Source: Spirochaetia bacterium
Lineage (GTDB): Bacteria; Spirochaetota; Spirochaetia; SZUA-6; Bin103
Assembly: GCA_965208575.1 (NCBI GenBank)
Contig: CBDBOV010000006.1
Span: forward strand, 352,001-416,000
Length of the DNA stretch: 64,000 nucleotides
Direction of reading: 5' to 3'
Below, one piece after another: positions 1-11,908 of the stretch. The translations under genes and the position numbers were made by a program. Within the stretch, counting starts at the first letter, position 1, and every line of letters begins with the position of its first letter. Below the pieces are notes generated by a model that was given only the letters and a program-made list of their open reading frames with translations, made no database searches and was not told where the DNA came from.

Positions 1-646
1 GGTCGGGCGACACCCGCGCCTCCTCCAGGCTCTCGATACCGGAACCGTTGATCCAGCGCGCGCGGGCGCCGCCGGCGCGGCTGAATGCCTGCGCGTTGGC
101 AAAGTAGCGCTGCGGGCGCAGTTCCAGGCCGTAGCGCGCAAGACTGACCGTGCGGCCGGCGGCCAATTCGGCGGCGTCCACGGCGGTCACGCGGCGCGTT
201 TCGGCGGCCGGATCCCACACCGCCACTTCCCAGTCGAAGTAGTCGGTGGTCACGTTGCCGCCCTCGCCTTCGAGCAGCGACAGGAACGACTCCTGCGCGA
301 AGTACTGCGTGAAGAACATGCCGAAGAACAGCGCGAACAGGCCGCCGTGGATGATCAGGATGCCGACCCGCTTCACCGTGTAGGCGAACCGGTAGATGGT
401 GGCCGCCACCAGGTTCACGAACAGCACCCAGAGCACGAGTTGCGCTCCCGGCAGCGGCACGAACCCGGCCGCGAGCGTGAAGAACGACTCGAAGTACTTC
501 TTCTGCGCCGAGTAGATGCCGTTGTCGATCTGGTGGATGGTGCCCAGGAAGGTGAGCACGAACAGCAACAGGAGACACACCACCGTCACCCGCAGGTCGA
601 TCAGCAGGCGCACCACCGGGTAGCGCTTGATGGCGGCGGCCAACAT
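1..646 (-). CDS. Cytochrome c biogenesis ResB/Ccs1-like membrane protein (partial; runs off the window start)
   Basis: Manual translation from ATG 646: MLAAAIKRYPVVRLLIDLRVTVVCLLLLFVLTFLGTIHQIDNGIYSAQKKYFES...LWVLFVNL...GILIIHGGLF...LSLLEGE. Three TM helices, GT..Q and G.LI.H motifs of ResB; frame open to position 1. Confidence 0.7.
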   Translation of the reverse strand, partial: MLAAAIKRYPVVRLLIDLRVTVVCLLLLFVLTFLGTIHQIDNGIYSAQKKYFESFFTLAAGFVPLPGAQLVLWVLFVNLVAATIYRFAYTVKRVGILIIHGGLFALFFGMFFTQYFAQESFLSLLEGEGGNVTTDYFDWEVAVWDPAAETRRVTAVDAAELAAGRTVSLARYGLELRPQRYFANAQAFSRAGGARARWINGSGIESLEEARVSPD

Positions 647-683
647 CAGCGGACCCTCCCGCCCTGCGCCGGGGACGAAGGAA

Positions 684-1292
684 TCACGACGTACCGCCGG
701 CGGCGAGGCCGAGACTGGCAACCAGGCTCATGAAGTCGGCACGCGCGGTGGCGACCAACGCTCCGTCTCCCGACATCTTCACGAACAGCGTCTGGTCGAG
801 CACCGGTCCGACCGCGGCCAGCATCGAATCTCCGCTCGGCGCCTCCAGGCGCGTAAAGTCGTACACGGTCAGACGCATCCCGTCACGGGCGGCAACCGGT
901 TCGCCCTCCGCGAGAAACTGCGCCAGCTCCTCCCCGGTGAGCTGCAGCCCGAGTTGATCGAGCCAGCGAATGACGTTCGCCTCCACGCCGCCGGCCGGTC
1001 CGCCGAGCATCACCACGGTGGTTTCGACGCTCCGGTCGCCCTGCACGAGACGGAACGCGGCCAGCCGGATGCCGTCACGGGGCAACTCCTGCCATGCCGG
1101 CGGTGTCTGCCACACCAGTGGGGCGGGTGGGCCGCCGGCGGCGCCGCTGCCGTCGAAGGCCGCCTCCACCGGCGACGGCTTGATCACCACCTCGTCATAC
1201 TCGCGCACCTCGGGCTCGCGCGAGCACGCGGCCAGGACAGCGATGGCGAGAATCCCGAACGCGCAGACAGGTGGTTGTCGTCGGCGAAACAC
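684..1292 (-). CDS. Hypothetical lipoprotein
   Basis: Lipobox LAAC; WQTPPAW, RLAAF and GGVEANVIRWLDQL motifs; co-oriented with the resB-like gene. Confidence 0.7.
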   Translation of the reverse strand: MFRRRQPPVCAFGILAIAVLAACSREPEVREYDEVVIKPSPVEAAFDGSGAAGGPPAPLVWQTPPAWQELPRDGIRLAAFRLVQGDRSVETTVVMLGGPAGGVEANVIRWLDQLGLQLTGEELAQFLAEGEPVAARDGMRLTVYDFTRLEAPSGDSMLAAVGPVLDQTLFVKMSGDGALVATARADFMSLVASLGLAAGGTS

Positions 1293-1316
1293 GCTGGCTA
1301 CCGCGCGCCGGCGAGG

Positions 1317-1613
1317 TTACGGTGTGACGTCGACCAGGCGGGTTACCGAACGTACCTCCGGCAACGGCACCAGCACCTGATCGAGTTCCTTCCACTGGCC
1401 GAAGCGGGCGGCGGTCTGCACGTACTGTTCCTTCGATACGCCGTTTGCCCCGTCACGGTGACGCGCGACGTCGAGCAACACGATGCCGTCGCCGCGCTGC
1501 TCGAAGAAGCGGCCGATATAGAGGTCGGCGCCGGCGGTATCCACCACCACCGTGATGCCGTGCAAGTCGCCCTTGTCCGCGTGCCGGGCGGGCCGGGGTG
1601 CGCCGCCTGTCAT
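1317..1613 (-). CDS. Small hypothetical protein, possible Sm/SH3-like beta fold
   Basis: 98 aa ORF, GITVVVDT..LYIGRF..GIVLLDV beta-strand pattern; fits between co-oriented genes. Confidence 0.65.
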   Translation of the reverse strand: MTGGAPRPARHADKGDLHGITVVVDTAGADLYIGRFFEQRGDGIVLLDVARHRDGANGVSKEQYVQTAARFGQWKELDQVLVPLPEVRSVTRLVDVTP

Positions 1614-1685
1614 GGTGCTCCCCTCACACCGGGCATTGCCGTGTCATCCGCGACACCTGCGGCAATCCACCGGCAGCGGGTCGGG

Positions 1686-2108
1686 TCAGTTGGCGAAGTG
1701 TTCGTCGAACGCCTCGGTCAGGTCGGCCGCGATCACCTGCGGCGGACGCCCCTCGATCTGATGGCGCGGGTACATGAACACCAGTTCGCCGTCGCGGAAC
1801 AGCGCGACCGACGGACTGCTCGGCGGAATGTGGGCGAAGTAGCCGCGCGCCTTGGCGGTCGCCTCGAGGTCCTGGCCGGCGAACACGGTGGCGACGCGAT
1901 CCGGGGTCACCTGGTGGCGCAGGGCCATCCTGATGCCGGGGCGCGCGCTGCCGGCCGCACAGCCGCAGACGGAGTTGATCACGAGCATCGCGGACCCGCT
2001 CTGGTCGGTCATGAACCGGTCCACGTCGGCGGCGGTTTCCAACTCTTCGATACCCGCCGCGGTGAGTTCATCGCGCATCGGTTGCACGAGCACAGGGTCG
2101 TAAGGCAT
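1686..2108 (-). CDS. BrxA/BrxB (YphP/YqiW) bacilliredoxin
   Basis: MPYDPVLVQPMRDEL, INSVCGCAAGSARP (CGC motif), TVFAGQD, PPSSPS, PRHQIEGR. Confidence 0.92.
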   Translation of the reverse strand: MPYDPVLVQPMRDELTAAGIEELETAADVDRFMTDQSGSAMLVINSVCGCAAGSARPGIRMALRHQVTPDRVATVFAGQDLEATAKARGYFAHIPPSSPSVALFRDGELVFMYPRHQIEGRPPQVIAADLTEAFDEHFAN

Positions 2109-2147
2109 GCGGCTAACATAGTTGCCGCGAAGAAGTCCCGTCAAGGC

Positions 2148-2621
2148 TCATCGGCGAGTGTCTCCCGAGCGTGCGCTCTGCGCCGCCTGGATGTCGCGCG
2201 GCCAGTGACTCTTGATGTACGCCAGGACCGCCCAGATGTCGCCGTCGCTCAGAATGTCGGCGTACACCGGCATGCCGCTCTTGAACCCGGCGCCGGCCAC
2301 GAACGCGCTGCCGTACTTGGTGACGTCGAACAGCATCTGGTCGGAGTGGTGCCACGTGTGGCCGGTCACGTCGTGCGGCGGCGCCGGCAGGGTGCCGTCC
2401 TCCTTCGGCTGCCGCCAGTTCGGCTGCCCTTCCAGGCGCGTGCCGTGGCACGCCGCGCAGTTCTGCTGGTACACGATCCGGCCTCGCGCAACCAGTTCCG
2501 GGTCGCCGGCGTCCGCCCGGTCAGGTTCGCGGTCCTGGCGCAGGAAATACCCGCCAGCGGCGAGCACGGCAGCCGCGGCGAGCGCGGCGATCGCGACCGT
2601 AGTAAGGATGCGCCCATTCAT
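2148..2621 (-). CDS. Monoheme c-type cytochrome with N-terminal anchor
   Basis: Hydrophobic N-terminus, CAACHG heme motif, LPAPPHDVTGHTWHH, distal Met in SGMP. Confidence 0.9.
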   Translation of the reverse strand: MNGRILTTVAIAALAAAAVLAAGGYFLRQDREPDRADAGDPELVARGRIVYQQNCAACHGTRLEGQPNWRQPKEDGTLPAPPHDVTGHTWHHSDQMLFDVTKYGSAFVAGAGFKSGMPVYADILSDGDIWAVLAYIKSHWPRDIQAAQSARSGDTRR

Positions 2622-2627
2622 GACTGC

Positions 2628-2681
2628 TTGAGATACCTGACCCCCGTGGGGTATTATACCGGCATCGCGAAGACTTGTCAG
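2628..2681. promoter_or_regulatory. Overlapping divergent sigma70 promoters with a CsoR-type operator
   Basis: Plus: TTGAGA(2628)-18-TATTAT(2652). Minus: CTGACA(2681)-17-TATAAT(2658). C-tract/G-tract palindrome ACCCC-CGT-GGGGT at 2640-2652. Confidence 0.7.
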
Positions 2682-2690
2682 GAGGGAGAA

Positions 2691-3008
2691 GTGACCCAAC
2701 CAAATGGCCGAACGAGCCTCGGCACGGTACGTCGCGGCCCACACCCGGCGGACGAAACCGCGCTGCGCCGCCTGCGCAGCATCGAGGGACAGGTCACCGG
2801 CATTCGCCGCATGGTCGCGGAGGAACGCTACTGCATCGACATTCTGACTCAGATCTCGGCCGTGCGGGCGGCGCTCAACGGCCTCGGCCTGCACGTGCTG
2901 AAGCGTCACCTCGACCATTGCGTTGCCGATGCGGCGCGCGATGACGGGCAGGAACTGCCGCGAGTGGTCGAGGAACTGAAAACGGTGTTGGCCCGCAGCA
3001 GCATCTGA
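2691..3008 (+). CDS. csoR: CsoR/RcnR family copper-sensing repressor
   Basis: [31 protein letters not shown] (C-H-C ligands); GGAGGGAG RBS before GTG 2691. Confidence 0.9.
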   Translation: MTQPNGRTSLGTVRRGPHPADETALRRLRSIEGQVTGIRRMVAEERYCIDILTQISAVRAALNGLGLHVLKRHLDHCVADAARDDGQELPRVVEELKTVLARSSI

Positions 3009-3010
3009 AC

Positions 3011-5518
3011 ATGGCGAACATCGACCCCGTCTGCGGTATGACGGTGGCCCCGGACGGCCCGCATCGCGTGCATTACGGCGGTACCACGTACCGGTTCTGC
3101 TCGGCGGGCTGCCGGGCCCGGTTCAACGACGACCCGGAGCGGTTCCTGGCCGCACCGGACGGCGCACACGGCGCACACGGCGCACACGACCACCACGACC
3201 ACCACGATCACCACGACCACCACGACCACCACGACCGCCACGACCACGGCGACCGTGACGCTGACGCGCGGCACCACGAGCACCACGGGCATGGCCGGCA
3301 CCACCATGACCACGACCACGGCGCCCATGAGCACGGCGCCGCGCACGCGCACGCCGGCCACCGCCACGGGCCGCACTCCCGCTCAGGTGCGCACGCCGCC
3401 GGTGCGGGCGCGGGCGGCGACGGCCAGGCGCGGTACACCTGCCCAATGCACCCGGAGGTGGACGAACCGCGGCCCGGCGCCTGCCCCGCGTGCGGCATGG
3501 CGCTGGAACCGCGCACCGTCTCCGCGGCACCCGAAGACGATGGCGAACTGCGCACCATGACGCGCCGCCTGGCGGTGAGCGCGCTGCTCACGGCTCCGCT
3601 GGTGATTCTGCCGTTCACCTCGCTTGCCGCCGTGCCGGCGTTCGGCTGGCTGCAACTGGCGATCGCCAGCCCGGTGGTACTCTGGGGCGCCGCACCCTTC
3701 TTCCGGCGCGGCTGGGATTCGGTGGCCCACCGCAGCCTGAACATGTTCACCCTGATCGGCCTGGGGGTTGGAGTTGCCTACCTGTACAGCGTGGCGGCGA
3801 CCATCGCGCCCGGCGTGTTCCGGACCGCGGCCACCGGCGCCGGGGCAACCATCGCCCTGTACTACTTCGAGAGCGCCGCCGTCATCACCACGCTCGTGCT
3901 GCTCGGGCAGGTGATGGAGCTGCGCGCCAGGCGGCGCACCGGGGCGGCGCTGCGGCTGTTGCTGGAACTGACTCCACCGAGCGCGCATCTGGTCGACGAG
4001 CACGACGCCGAACGCGACGTGCCGCTGGAGGCGGTCGTGGTCGGCAACCGGCTGCGCGTGCGGCCCGGCGAGAAGGTGCCCGTGGACGGAACGGTGGCGA
4101 CCGGAAGCAGCGCGGTCGACGAGGGAATGGTTACCGGCGAAGCCACGCCGGTCGTCAAGCAGCCTGGTGACGCGGTGATCGGGGGCACGGTGAACGGCGC
4201 CGGAGCGCTGGTCATCCGCGCCGAGAAGGTGGGCGCCGACACGCTGCTCGCGCGCATCGTGCAGATGGTCGCGGACGCCCAGCGCAGCCGCGCGCCAAGT
4301 CAGCGCATCGCCGACGCCGTCTCGGCCGTGTTCGTACCCGCCGTTATCGCCATTGCCGCGGTCACCTTCGTCGCCTGGCTGGCGCTCGGCCCCGCCCCCG
4401 GCCTCACCCTGGCGCTGCTCAACGCCGTGTCCGTACTCATCATCGCCTGCCCGTGTGCGCTCGGACTCGCCACCCCCATGTCGATCATGGTGGCTACCGG
4501 CCGCGGCGCCACGCTTGGCGTCCTGTTCCGGGACGCCGCCGCCATCGAGTCGCTGAGCACGGTGGACACCCTGCTGGTGGACAAGACCGGCACCCTCACC
4601 GAGGGCCGACCGCGCGTGCGGACCGTGATCCCTGCGCCCGGCACTACCGAGCACGACCTGATCGCCGCGGCCTCGGCGGTGGCGCTTGCGAGCGAACACC
4701 CGCTCTCCGCGGCCGTCGTATCGCTGGCGCGGGAACGCGGCATTCAGGTCCCTGCCGCCACCGACTTCGTCTCCTTCGTGGGCCTCGGCGTCTCCGGTAC
4801 CGTCGCCGGCTGCGACACGCTGCTCGGCAAGGCATCGCTTCTGGAACGGCACGGAATAGACGCCGGCATGCTCGCCGCGCAGGCCGACATCCTGCGCGGC
4901 GGCGGCCAGACCGTGGTCTTCGCCGCCGTCGCGGGCCGCGTGGCGGGAGCGTTCGCGATCGCCGACCCGGTGCGGAGCACCACCGCAGATGCAATCGCCC
5001 GGTTGCAGGCAGCCGGCGTCGACCTGGTGATGGCCACCGGCGACAACCGCACCACCGCGCACGCCGTGGCCCGCGGCCTGAACATCGGGACCGTGATCGC
5101 CGAGGCGTTGCCGGAACGGAAGATGGCCGAAGTGCAGCGCCTGCAGCATGCCGGCCACGTCGTAGCGATGGCCGGCGACGGCATCAATGACGCACCGGCG
5201 CTGGCGCAGGCGGATGTGGGCATCGCCATGGGTACCGGTACCGACGTCGCGATGGAGAGCGCCGACATCACCCTGGTCCGCGGCGACCTGCGCGCCATCG
5301 CCGACGCCGGGAGGCTGAGCGCCGCCACCCGCCGAAACATCCGCCAGAACCTGCTCCTGGCATTCCTCTACAACAGCCTCGCCATCCCGGTGGCGGCCGG
5401 CGTCCTGTTTCCGCTGTTCGGGATACTGCTGAGCCCGATGATGGCCGCCGCCGCCATGAGCCTGAGCTCGGTATCGGTGATCGGCAACGCACTGCGGTTA
5501 CGCCGCGTGCAGATGTGA
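3011..5518 (+). CDS. copA: Cu(+)-translocating P1B-type ATPase with YHS domain, His-rich linker and heavy-metal-binding domain
   Basis: DPVCGM..FCS..C (YHS), [49 protein letters not shown] and MSLSS. Confidence 0.95.
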   Translation: MANIDPVCGMTVAPDGPHRVHYGGTTYRFCSAGCRARFNDDPERFLAAPDGAHGAHGAHDHHDHHDHHDHHDHHDRHDHGDRDADARHHEHHGHGRHHHDHDHGAHEHGAAHAHAGHRHGPHSRSGAHAAGAGAGGDGQARYTCPMHPEVDEPRPGACPACGMALEPRTVSAAPEDDGELRTMTRRLAVSALLTAPLVILPFTSLAAVPAFGWLQLAIASPVVLWGAAPFFRRGWDSVAHRSLNMFTLIGLGVGVAYLYSVAATIAPGVFRTAATGAGATIALYYFESAAVITTLVLLGQVMELRARRRTGAALRLLLELTPPSAHLVDEHDAERDVPLEAVVVGNRLRVRPGEKVPVDGTVATGSSAVDEGMVTGEATPVVKQPGDAVIGGTVNGAGALVIRAEKVGADTLLARIVQMVADAQRSRAPSQRIADAVSAVFVPAVIAIAAVTFVAWLALGPAPGLTLALLNAVSVLIIACPCALGLATPMSIMVATGRGATLGVLFRDAAAIESLSTVDTLLVDKTGTLTEGRPRVRTVIPAPGTTEHDLIAAASAVALASEHPLSAAVVSLARERGIQVPAATDFVSFVGLGVSGTVAGCDTLLGKASLLERHGIDAGMLAAQADILRGGGQTVVFAAVAGRVAGAFAIADPVRSTTADAIARLQAAGVDLVMATGDNRTTAHAVARGLNIGTVIAEALPERKMAEVQRLQHAGHVVAMAGDGINDAPALAQADVGIAMGTGTDVAMESADITLVRGDLRAIADAGRLSAATRRNIRQNLLLAFLYNSLAIPVAAGVLFPLFGILLSPMMAAAAMSLSSVSVIGNALRLRRVQM
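3161..3320 (+). repeat. Coding microsatellites (GGCGCACAC)x3 and (GACCACCAC)n encoding a His-rich linker
   Basis: Visible 9-bp tandem units; protein [25 protein letters not shown]. Confidence 0.9.
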
Positions 5519-5524
5519 TTCGTG

Positions 5525-5974
5525 CTAGCGCCGCGCCCGCGCGCCGATAACGATGGCGGCCGCCAGCAGCACCAGGTTCTTGATGACGTACTGCCCTTCG
5601 AGCGTCAGGACGAACGGCGGGCGCGCGAACACGGCGGCAGGGTTCAGCACGATCGGCGACATCGCTCCGAGCATCTGGAGATACATCAGCGCCACCGTTA
5701 CGCGCACGAAACGGCCGGTCACGAAGCCGAGACCGATCACGATCTCCCAGCATCCGACGAACGGCACGAACAGCGCCGCCGGCAGGAACGGATAGGTCGA
5801 GACGATCAGGCCGGCGGCCGGACTGGCCTCCGGAACCAGCTTGAGCGCGCCGAACCATACGAACACCACGCCGACCGCCACGCGCAGAAGCAGGACGCCA
5901 CGGCGGTCCATCCAGGCGGTCAGGTTGCGATCGAGCGGTTGCAACCAGGGTGGCACGCGATTGCGCGTGTCCAT
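5525..5974 (-). CDS. DoxX/DUF417-like membrane protein
   Basis: LLRVAVGVVFVWFGALK, SPA, G.WEIVIG, TLEGQYVIKNLVL. Confidence 0.85.
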   Translation of the reverse strand: MDTRNRVPPWLQPLDRNLTAWMDRRGVLLLRVAVGVVFVWFGALKLVPEASPAAGLIVSTYPFLPAALFVPFVGCWEIVIGLGFVTGRFVRVTVALMYLQMLGAMSPIVLNPAAVFARPPFVLTLEGQYVIKNLVLLAAAIVIGARARR

Positions 5975-6087
5975 CCCCTACCTCGCCTGCCGGCAGCCGG
6001 TGGTGGAACCCGGCGGCGCGCCTGGAGCGGCGCGGCGGGGTGGATCGCCGCATTTCGGCAGCCGGTGTTTCGCCACGGCTGCCGGCG

Positions 6088-6900
6088 CTAGATGCCGACC
6101 GCGGCGGATGCCGCGGCCACCGGAATCAACCCGGTGTCGACCGTGGCCGCCGATGCCGCCTCCCGCGCCGGGGTACCGTGCGAGGCATCCTCCGCCGGCA
6201 CGCTTCCGAAGCGGCGCTCGCGGCCGCGGAACGCGGCAATCGCCGCGTGCAGCTCGCGCCTCCCGAAGTCGGGCCACATCACCTCGGTGAAGTACAGCTC
6301 CGCGTAGGCGCCCTCCCACAGCAGGAAGTCGCTCAGCCGGCACTCGCCGCCGGTGCGAATGATCAGGTCCACGTCGCCTGCCGGCAGACACTCGCATGGC
6401 TGGTTCGACACCAGTTGGCCGAACGCCCTCCGGCGTTCCTCGCCGGACGCGGTGAGTTCGCCGACCCGTTCGGCGGCGGCGAGAATCGCGTCGCGCGCCG
6501 AGTAGTCGATCGCCAGGCGCAGCAGCAGACGCTCGCCGCCCCCGGTAGCGCGTTCGGCCGCGTCGATTGCGGTACGCAGGTTGTCGCCGAGCCGGTCGCG
6601 CCGGCCGATCACCTGGATGCGCACCCCATTGGCAACGCACTCGTCGATCTCGCTGTGCAAATGACGCTCGAACAGACGCAGCAGCAGGCGCACCTCGCGT
6701 TCCGGCCGCTTCCAGTTGTCGGTGGAGAACGCGTACAGGGTCAGCACGCGCACACCGAGATCGGGCGCGGCGCGCACGCAGGCCCGCACCGCCCGCGCAC
6801 CGACGCGATGACCGGCATAGCGGCCCCTCCCCTGGCGCGCCGCCCAGCGTCCGTTGCCATCCATGATGATGCCGACGTGCAGCCCGTCCGGCGCCTTCAT
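6088..6900 (-). CDS. uppS: cis-prenyltransferase (undecaprenyl diphosphate synthase family)
   Basis: [64 protein letters not shown]. Confidence 0.95.
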   Translation of the reverse strand: MKAPDGLHVGIIMDGNGRWAARQGRGRYAGHRVGARAVRACVRAAPDLGVRVLTLYAFSTDNWKRPEREVRLLLRLFERHLHSEIDECVANGVRIQVIGRRDRLGDNLRTAIDAAERATGGGERLLLRLAIDYSARDAILAAAERVGELTASGEERRRAFGQLVSNQPCECLPAGDVDLIIRTGGECRLSDFLLWEGAYAELYFTEVMWPDFGRRELHAAIAAFRGRERRFGSVPAEDASHGTPAREAASAATVDTGLIPVAAASAAVGI

Positions 6901-7277
6901 CGGACACCCCCTTTCATCGCCGCAATCAAGCTCTCCATGTACGCCAGGTAGCCCTGCAGCGCGCGCCGCCCGGCCGCGGTGAGCCGATAGGTGGTGTGTG
7001 GTACGCGTCCGTCGAACGACTTGGTCGTCCGCACGTAGCGGGCATCCTCCAGCTTGCGCGCGTGCACGCTCAGGTTGCCGTCGGTTGCGCTCAGCAAGCG
7101 CTTCAACTGACTGAAGCTGACCGTGTCCACCACGGCCAGCGTGCTCATGATCGCCAGCCTCGTACGCTCGTGGATGAGCCGGTCCAGCGCAGGCTCCGAC
7201 GGCATGGTGAGGCCCTGAATCGCCTCGCGCAACTGACCCTGCGGCAACGGCGCGCCTACCATCCGGTCAGCCGCCAT
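6897..7277 (-). CDS. Winged-helix transcriptional regulator (HTH_34/MarR-like)
   Basis: [45 protein letters not shown]; overlaps both neighbours. Confidence 0.9.
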   Translation of the reverse strand: MAADRMVGAPLPQGQLREAIQGLTMPSEPALDRLIHERTRLAIMSTLAVVDTVSFSQLKRLLSATDGNLSVHARKLEDARYVRTTKSFDGRVPHTTYRLTAAGRRALQGYLAYMESLIAAMKGGVR

Positions 7278-7869
7278 GACGATGCGCCAGGTAGGCGCCG
7301 AAACCGACGTGCAGCGCGCCGAAACCGACGGCCATGAACAGGTTCGCCAACTGCGACGGCGCCAGCAGCGCCACGCCGCCGAGCAGCAGGAAACAACCGC
7401 CCATCAGCGACACCGCCCGCACCGAAAACGCCCCTCCGGTAAGCGCGGCCAGTCCGTACAGGATCAGCCACATGCCCGGCAGCAGGTGCGTTACCCCGTG
7501 CGCCGCGAAGGCAAGCGTAATGACGATGCCGGCAGCGATCGGCGGCGAGAAGCTGAACAGGAACGCCTGTCCCGACGGTGACGCGACCGGCACATTGACC
7601 GAACGTGCCTTGCGGTACATGGTAACGAGGCCTACACAGACGGCGAGCACCGCGTCGCCCACCCAGATCGGCAGCCACAGGCGAGCGGGCGCCAGCGTTG
7701 CCAGACCCGCGGCGGCAATCGCGGTGGCGCCCATGATCACCAGTCCTACCCCCGGCACCGCGTGAAAGCGGTTGGCTCGCTCCATGGCGTGGCGAATGAA
7801 CTGCAGATCGTCCGCGGCACGGTGCTCGTCCGCGGCGCGGTGTGGCCGCTGCGACAGCATACTCAGCAT
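7267..7869 (-). CDS. Hypothetical multi-pass membrane protein
   Basis: C-terminal part of ORF 7267..9207: AADDLQFIRHAMER followed by about 6 TM helices, ending GFGALHVGFG; start chosen from promoter position. Confidence 0.8.
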   Translation of the reverse strand: MLSMLSQRPHRAADEHRAADDLQFIRHAMERANRFHAVPGVGLVIMGATAIAAAGLATLAPARLWLPIWVGDAVLAVCVGLVTMYRKARSVNVPVASPSGQAFLFSFSPPIAAGIVITLAFAAHGVTHLLPGMWLILYGLAALTGGAFSVRAVSLMGGCFLLLGGVALLAPSQLANLFMAVGFGALHVGFGAYLAHRHGG

Positions 7870-7877
7870 GTGCATCG

Positions 7878-7928
7878 ATAGTAGCCGGCCAGCTCCCACT
7901 GAGTCAAGTACTTTGCAGTACAGAGTAC
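7878..7928 (-). promoter_or_regulatory. Promoter plus palindromic operator of the membrane protein-HTH-uppS-doxX unit
   Basis: TTGACT(7907)-18-TACTAT(7883); inverted repeat GTACTTTG-N5-CAGAGTAC at 7908-7928 abutting the -35. Confidence 0.65.
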
Positions 7929-8004
7929 CAGCCACCGATGAGGCTGACGCAACGCAACGGACTCCATTAGACTGGCGACGAGTCACGCCAAGGAGAACAG
8001 CACG

Positions 8005-9813
<1,809 letters not shown>

Positions 9814-10031
9814 ACCGGGCACACCGGGCTCGACAGTGCTGTTTGGCGATAGCCAAACTGCGGTTGTTGGCCGCAGGCCAACGCCATGTTCGGCCCAGCC
9901 GCCGACTACGGCACCGACTACCGCGCCTGCTCCAACTTCGGCCCCCTGTACCGGTAACACGCACCCGCAGCCGTGCAGTTTGGCGAACGCCAAACTGCGG
10001 TTGTTGGCCGTCAGGCCAACGCCAACGCCGC

Positions 10032-11126
10032 TTACGACGATTCGCCGTCCGCCGGCGGGTTCGGCGGCGGCACGGGGGCGAGCACGTCGGTCGCCCCCAT
10101 CTGGCGCGCGCGCCGCTCCCATCGTCGCCTCGCCAGCTTCTGCATGTCGATCTCGACGTCCGACTCGTCGACGATCTCGCTGCCGAGCAGCGACTCCACC
10201 ACGTCCTCCATGGTAACGATGCCGGCCATGCCGCCGTACTGGTCCACCAGCACGGCGATGTGCTGGCGCTCGTCGAGAAACTGCGCGAACACCTCGCGCA
10301 GGGGCTGCGTCTCCGGCACCAGGGTGATGCTGCGTTGCAACTCCGCCAACCGCCGTTCCGTGTGCCCCTGCGCAGCGCTGAGCAGCAGGTCGCTCTTCAG
10401 GACGTACCCGGTTACCGTCTCGATGCTGTCCGCGTAGGTGGGAATACGCGAGAACGTCAGCCCGTTGCGGTCGTCAAGCAACTCCTGAACCGTCGCCTGC
10501 TCCGGGAACGCCACCACCACGGTGCGCGGCGTCATGATCTCCCGCACGCGCATTGAGCCGAACCGGATGACATTCTGCAGCACGCGGGACTCGCTGTCCT
10601 GCACCACGCCCTCCTGCTTGCCGAGTTCCGGAAGGGCCCGGAGTTCCTCCGGACTGACCCGTGCCGGCCGGCGCCCGCGCTGCACCATGCGGCGCAATCC
10701 CCCGCCCGCCCACACGAACGGATACATCACGTAGATCAGGAATTGCGTGGTCCGCGTCGCCGCCGGCGCCAGTCCGCGCCAATAGGTCGCGCCGATGGTC
10801 TTGGGAATGATCTCGGAAAAAAACAGCACCAGCAGGGTCAAACCCGCCGAGATCAAGCCCACCGAGCCGCTGCCGAACAGGACCGCCGCCTGCGCGCCCA
10901 CGCCGGTGGCGCCGGCGGTGTTGGCAATGGTGTTGAGCGCCAGAATCGCCGCCAGCGGCCGCTGGGCGTCGCGCTTGTAGCTGGCCAGCAGGTTGCCGAC
11001 CGCGCGCCGCTTCTTGCTGATGGCGACCACGTAACTGGGCGTCACGGAGAGAATCACCGCCTCCAGGATGGAGCACAGGAAGGAGAACCCGAGGGTCCCT
11101 GCCAGGAGCAGAATGAGCAACAGCAT
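10032..11126 (-). CDS. CNNM/DUF21-CBS domain (hemolysin family) protein
   Basis: SFLCSILEAVILS, LAAILALNTIANT, SEIIPKTIGA, IMTPRTVV, FSRIP, VDQYGG..GIVTMEDVVE. Confidence 0.93.
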   Translation of the reverse strand: MLLLILLLAGTLGFSFLCSILEAVILSVTPSYVVAISKKRRAVGNLLASYKRDAQRPLAAILALNTIANTAGATGVGAQAAVLFGSGSVGLISAGLTLLVLFFSEIIPKTIGATYWRGLAPAATRTTQFLIYVMYPFVWAGGGLRRMVQRGRRPARVSPEELRALPELGKQEGVVQDSESRVLQNVIRFGSMRVREIMTPRTVVVAFPEQATVQELLDDRNGLTFSRIPTYADSIETVTGYVLKSDLLLSAAQGHTERRLAELQRSITLVPETQPLREVFAQFLDERQHIAVLVDQYGGMAGIVTMEDVVESLLGSEIVDESDVEIDMQKLARRRWERRARQMGATDVLAPVPPPNPPADGESS

Positions 11127-11137
11127 GGTACTCGGGG

Positions 11138-11908
11138 CTAGCCTCCGAACACCTCGTCGCGCATGGCGCTCAGGTAGCGGTCGGCGATCAGCCGCAACGG
11201 CTTCACCGCCAGGGAGAAGTTCTCACTCAGCGCGTTCAGGGTATCGCCCAGCTCGTGATGGGTCGCGTGCCGGTGGCCGGCGGCAAGGGAGTAGAACAGG
11301 GTGCCCTGCTCCCTCCAGGTCGCGGCGCTGTAACCCCACACCCGATCGGCCGAGAACACTCCGCAAGCGAACAGGCAAAGGTCGGCGATGTGGCAGTACA
11401 GGTCGAAGCGATGCTCCTCGTCGATTGCCCTGCAGAAGCGGATCAGGCTGCGCAGGTCGAGGTCATTGACCCGCATGGCGCGCGGCTTGCCGTCGGGACG
11501 GCGCGCCACCACCATGCGCTGCTCGCTCTTCACGAAGCCGGCAAGCACGGCAACGAGGTAGTCGCGGATCTGCTCCGGCTGCAGGAACGCGCACACCTCG
11601 GCGCTGTCGAACACCGGCATGGTGATGTCGCCGTCCCGCTCGAGGGTATAGCCCTGGTCCCGCAGGTCCTTCAGGGCACGCAGGAGCAGCACGGTAAAGA
11701 ACAGGTTGCCGGAGACATTGATGAACGCCTCCTCGGAGTCGAGCAGGGCGTGGAACACGCGGTCGTCGGCGAGCACCGCCTCGCGAATGTCGCGGTCTTC
11801 GCGCACCGCTCGGGCCAAAGAGGCCCGGTCGCGGGTGTCGGTGGCAAGCGAGTCCATGATGTAATCAAGGTCGCCCTCGGAAAACGTCGCCGTTTGCGGA
11901 TGTGCCAA
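11138..11908 (-). CDS. Conserved hypothetical protein
   Basis: 256 aa helical ORF with normal composition; HIADLCLFACGVF and G..FY motifs; co-oriented with the CNNM gene. Confidence 0.75.
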   Translation of the reverse strand: MAHPQTATFSEGDLDYIMDSLATDTRDRASLARAVREDRDIREAVLADDRVFHALLDSEEAFINVSGNLFFTVLLLRALKDLRDQGYTLERDGDITMPVFDSAEVCAFLQPEQIRDYLVAVLAGFVKSEQRMVVARRPDGKPRAMRVNDLDLRSLIRFCRAIDEEHRFDLYCHIADLCLFACGVFSADRVWGYSAATWREQGTLFYSLAAGHRHATHHELGDTLNALSENFSLAVKPLRLIADRYLSAMRDEVFGG

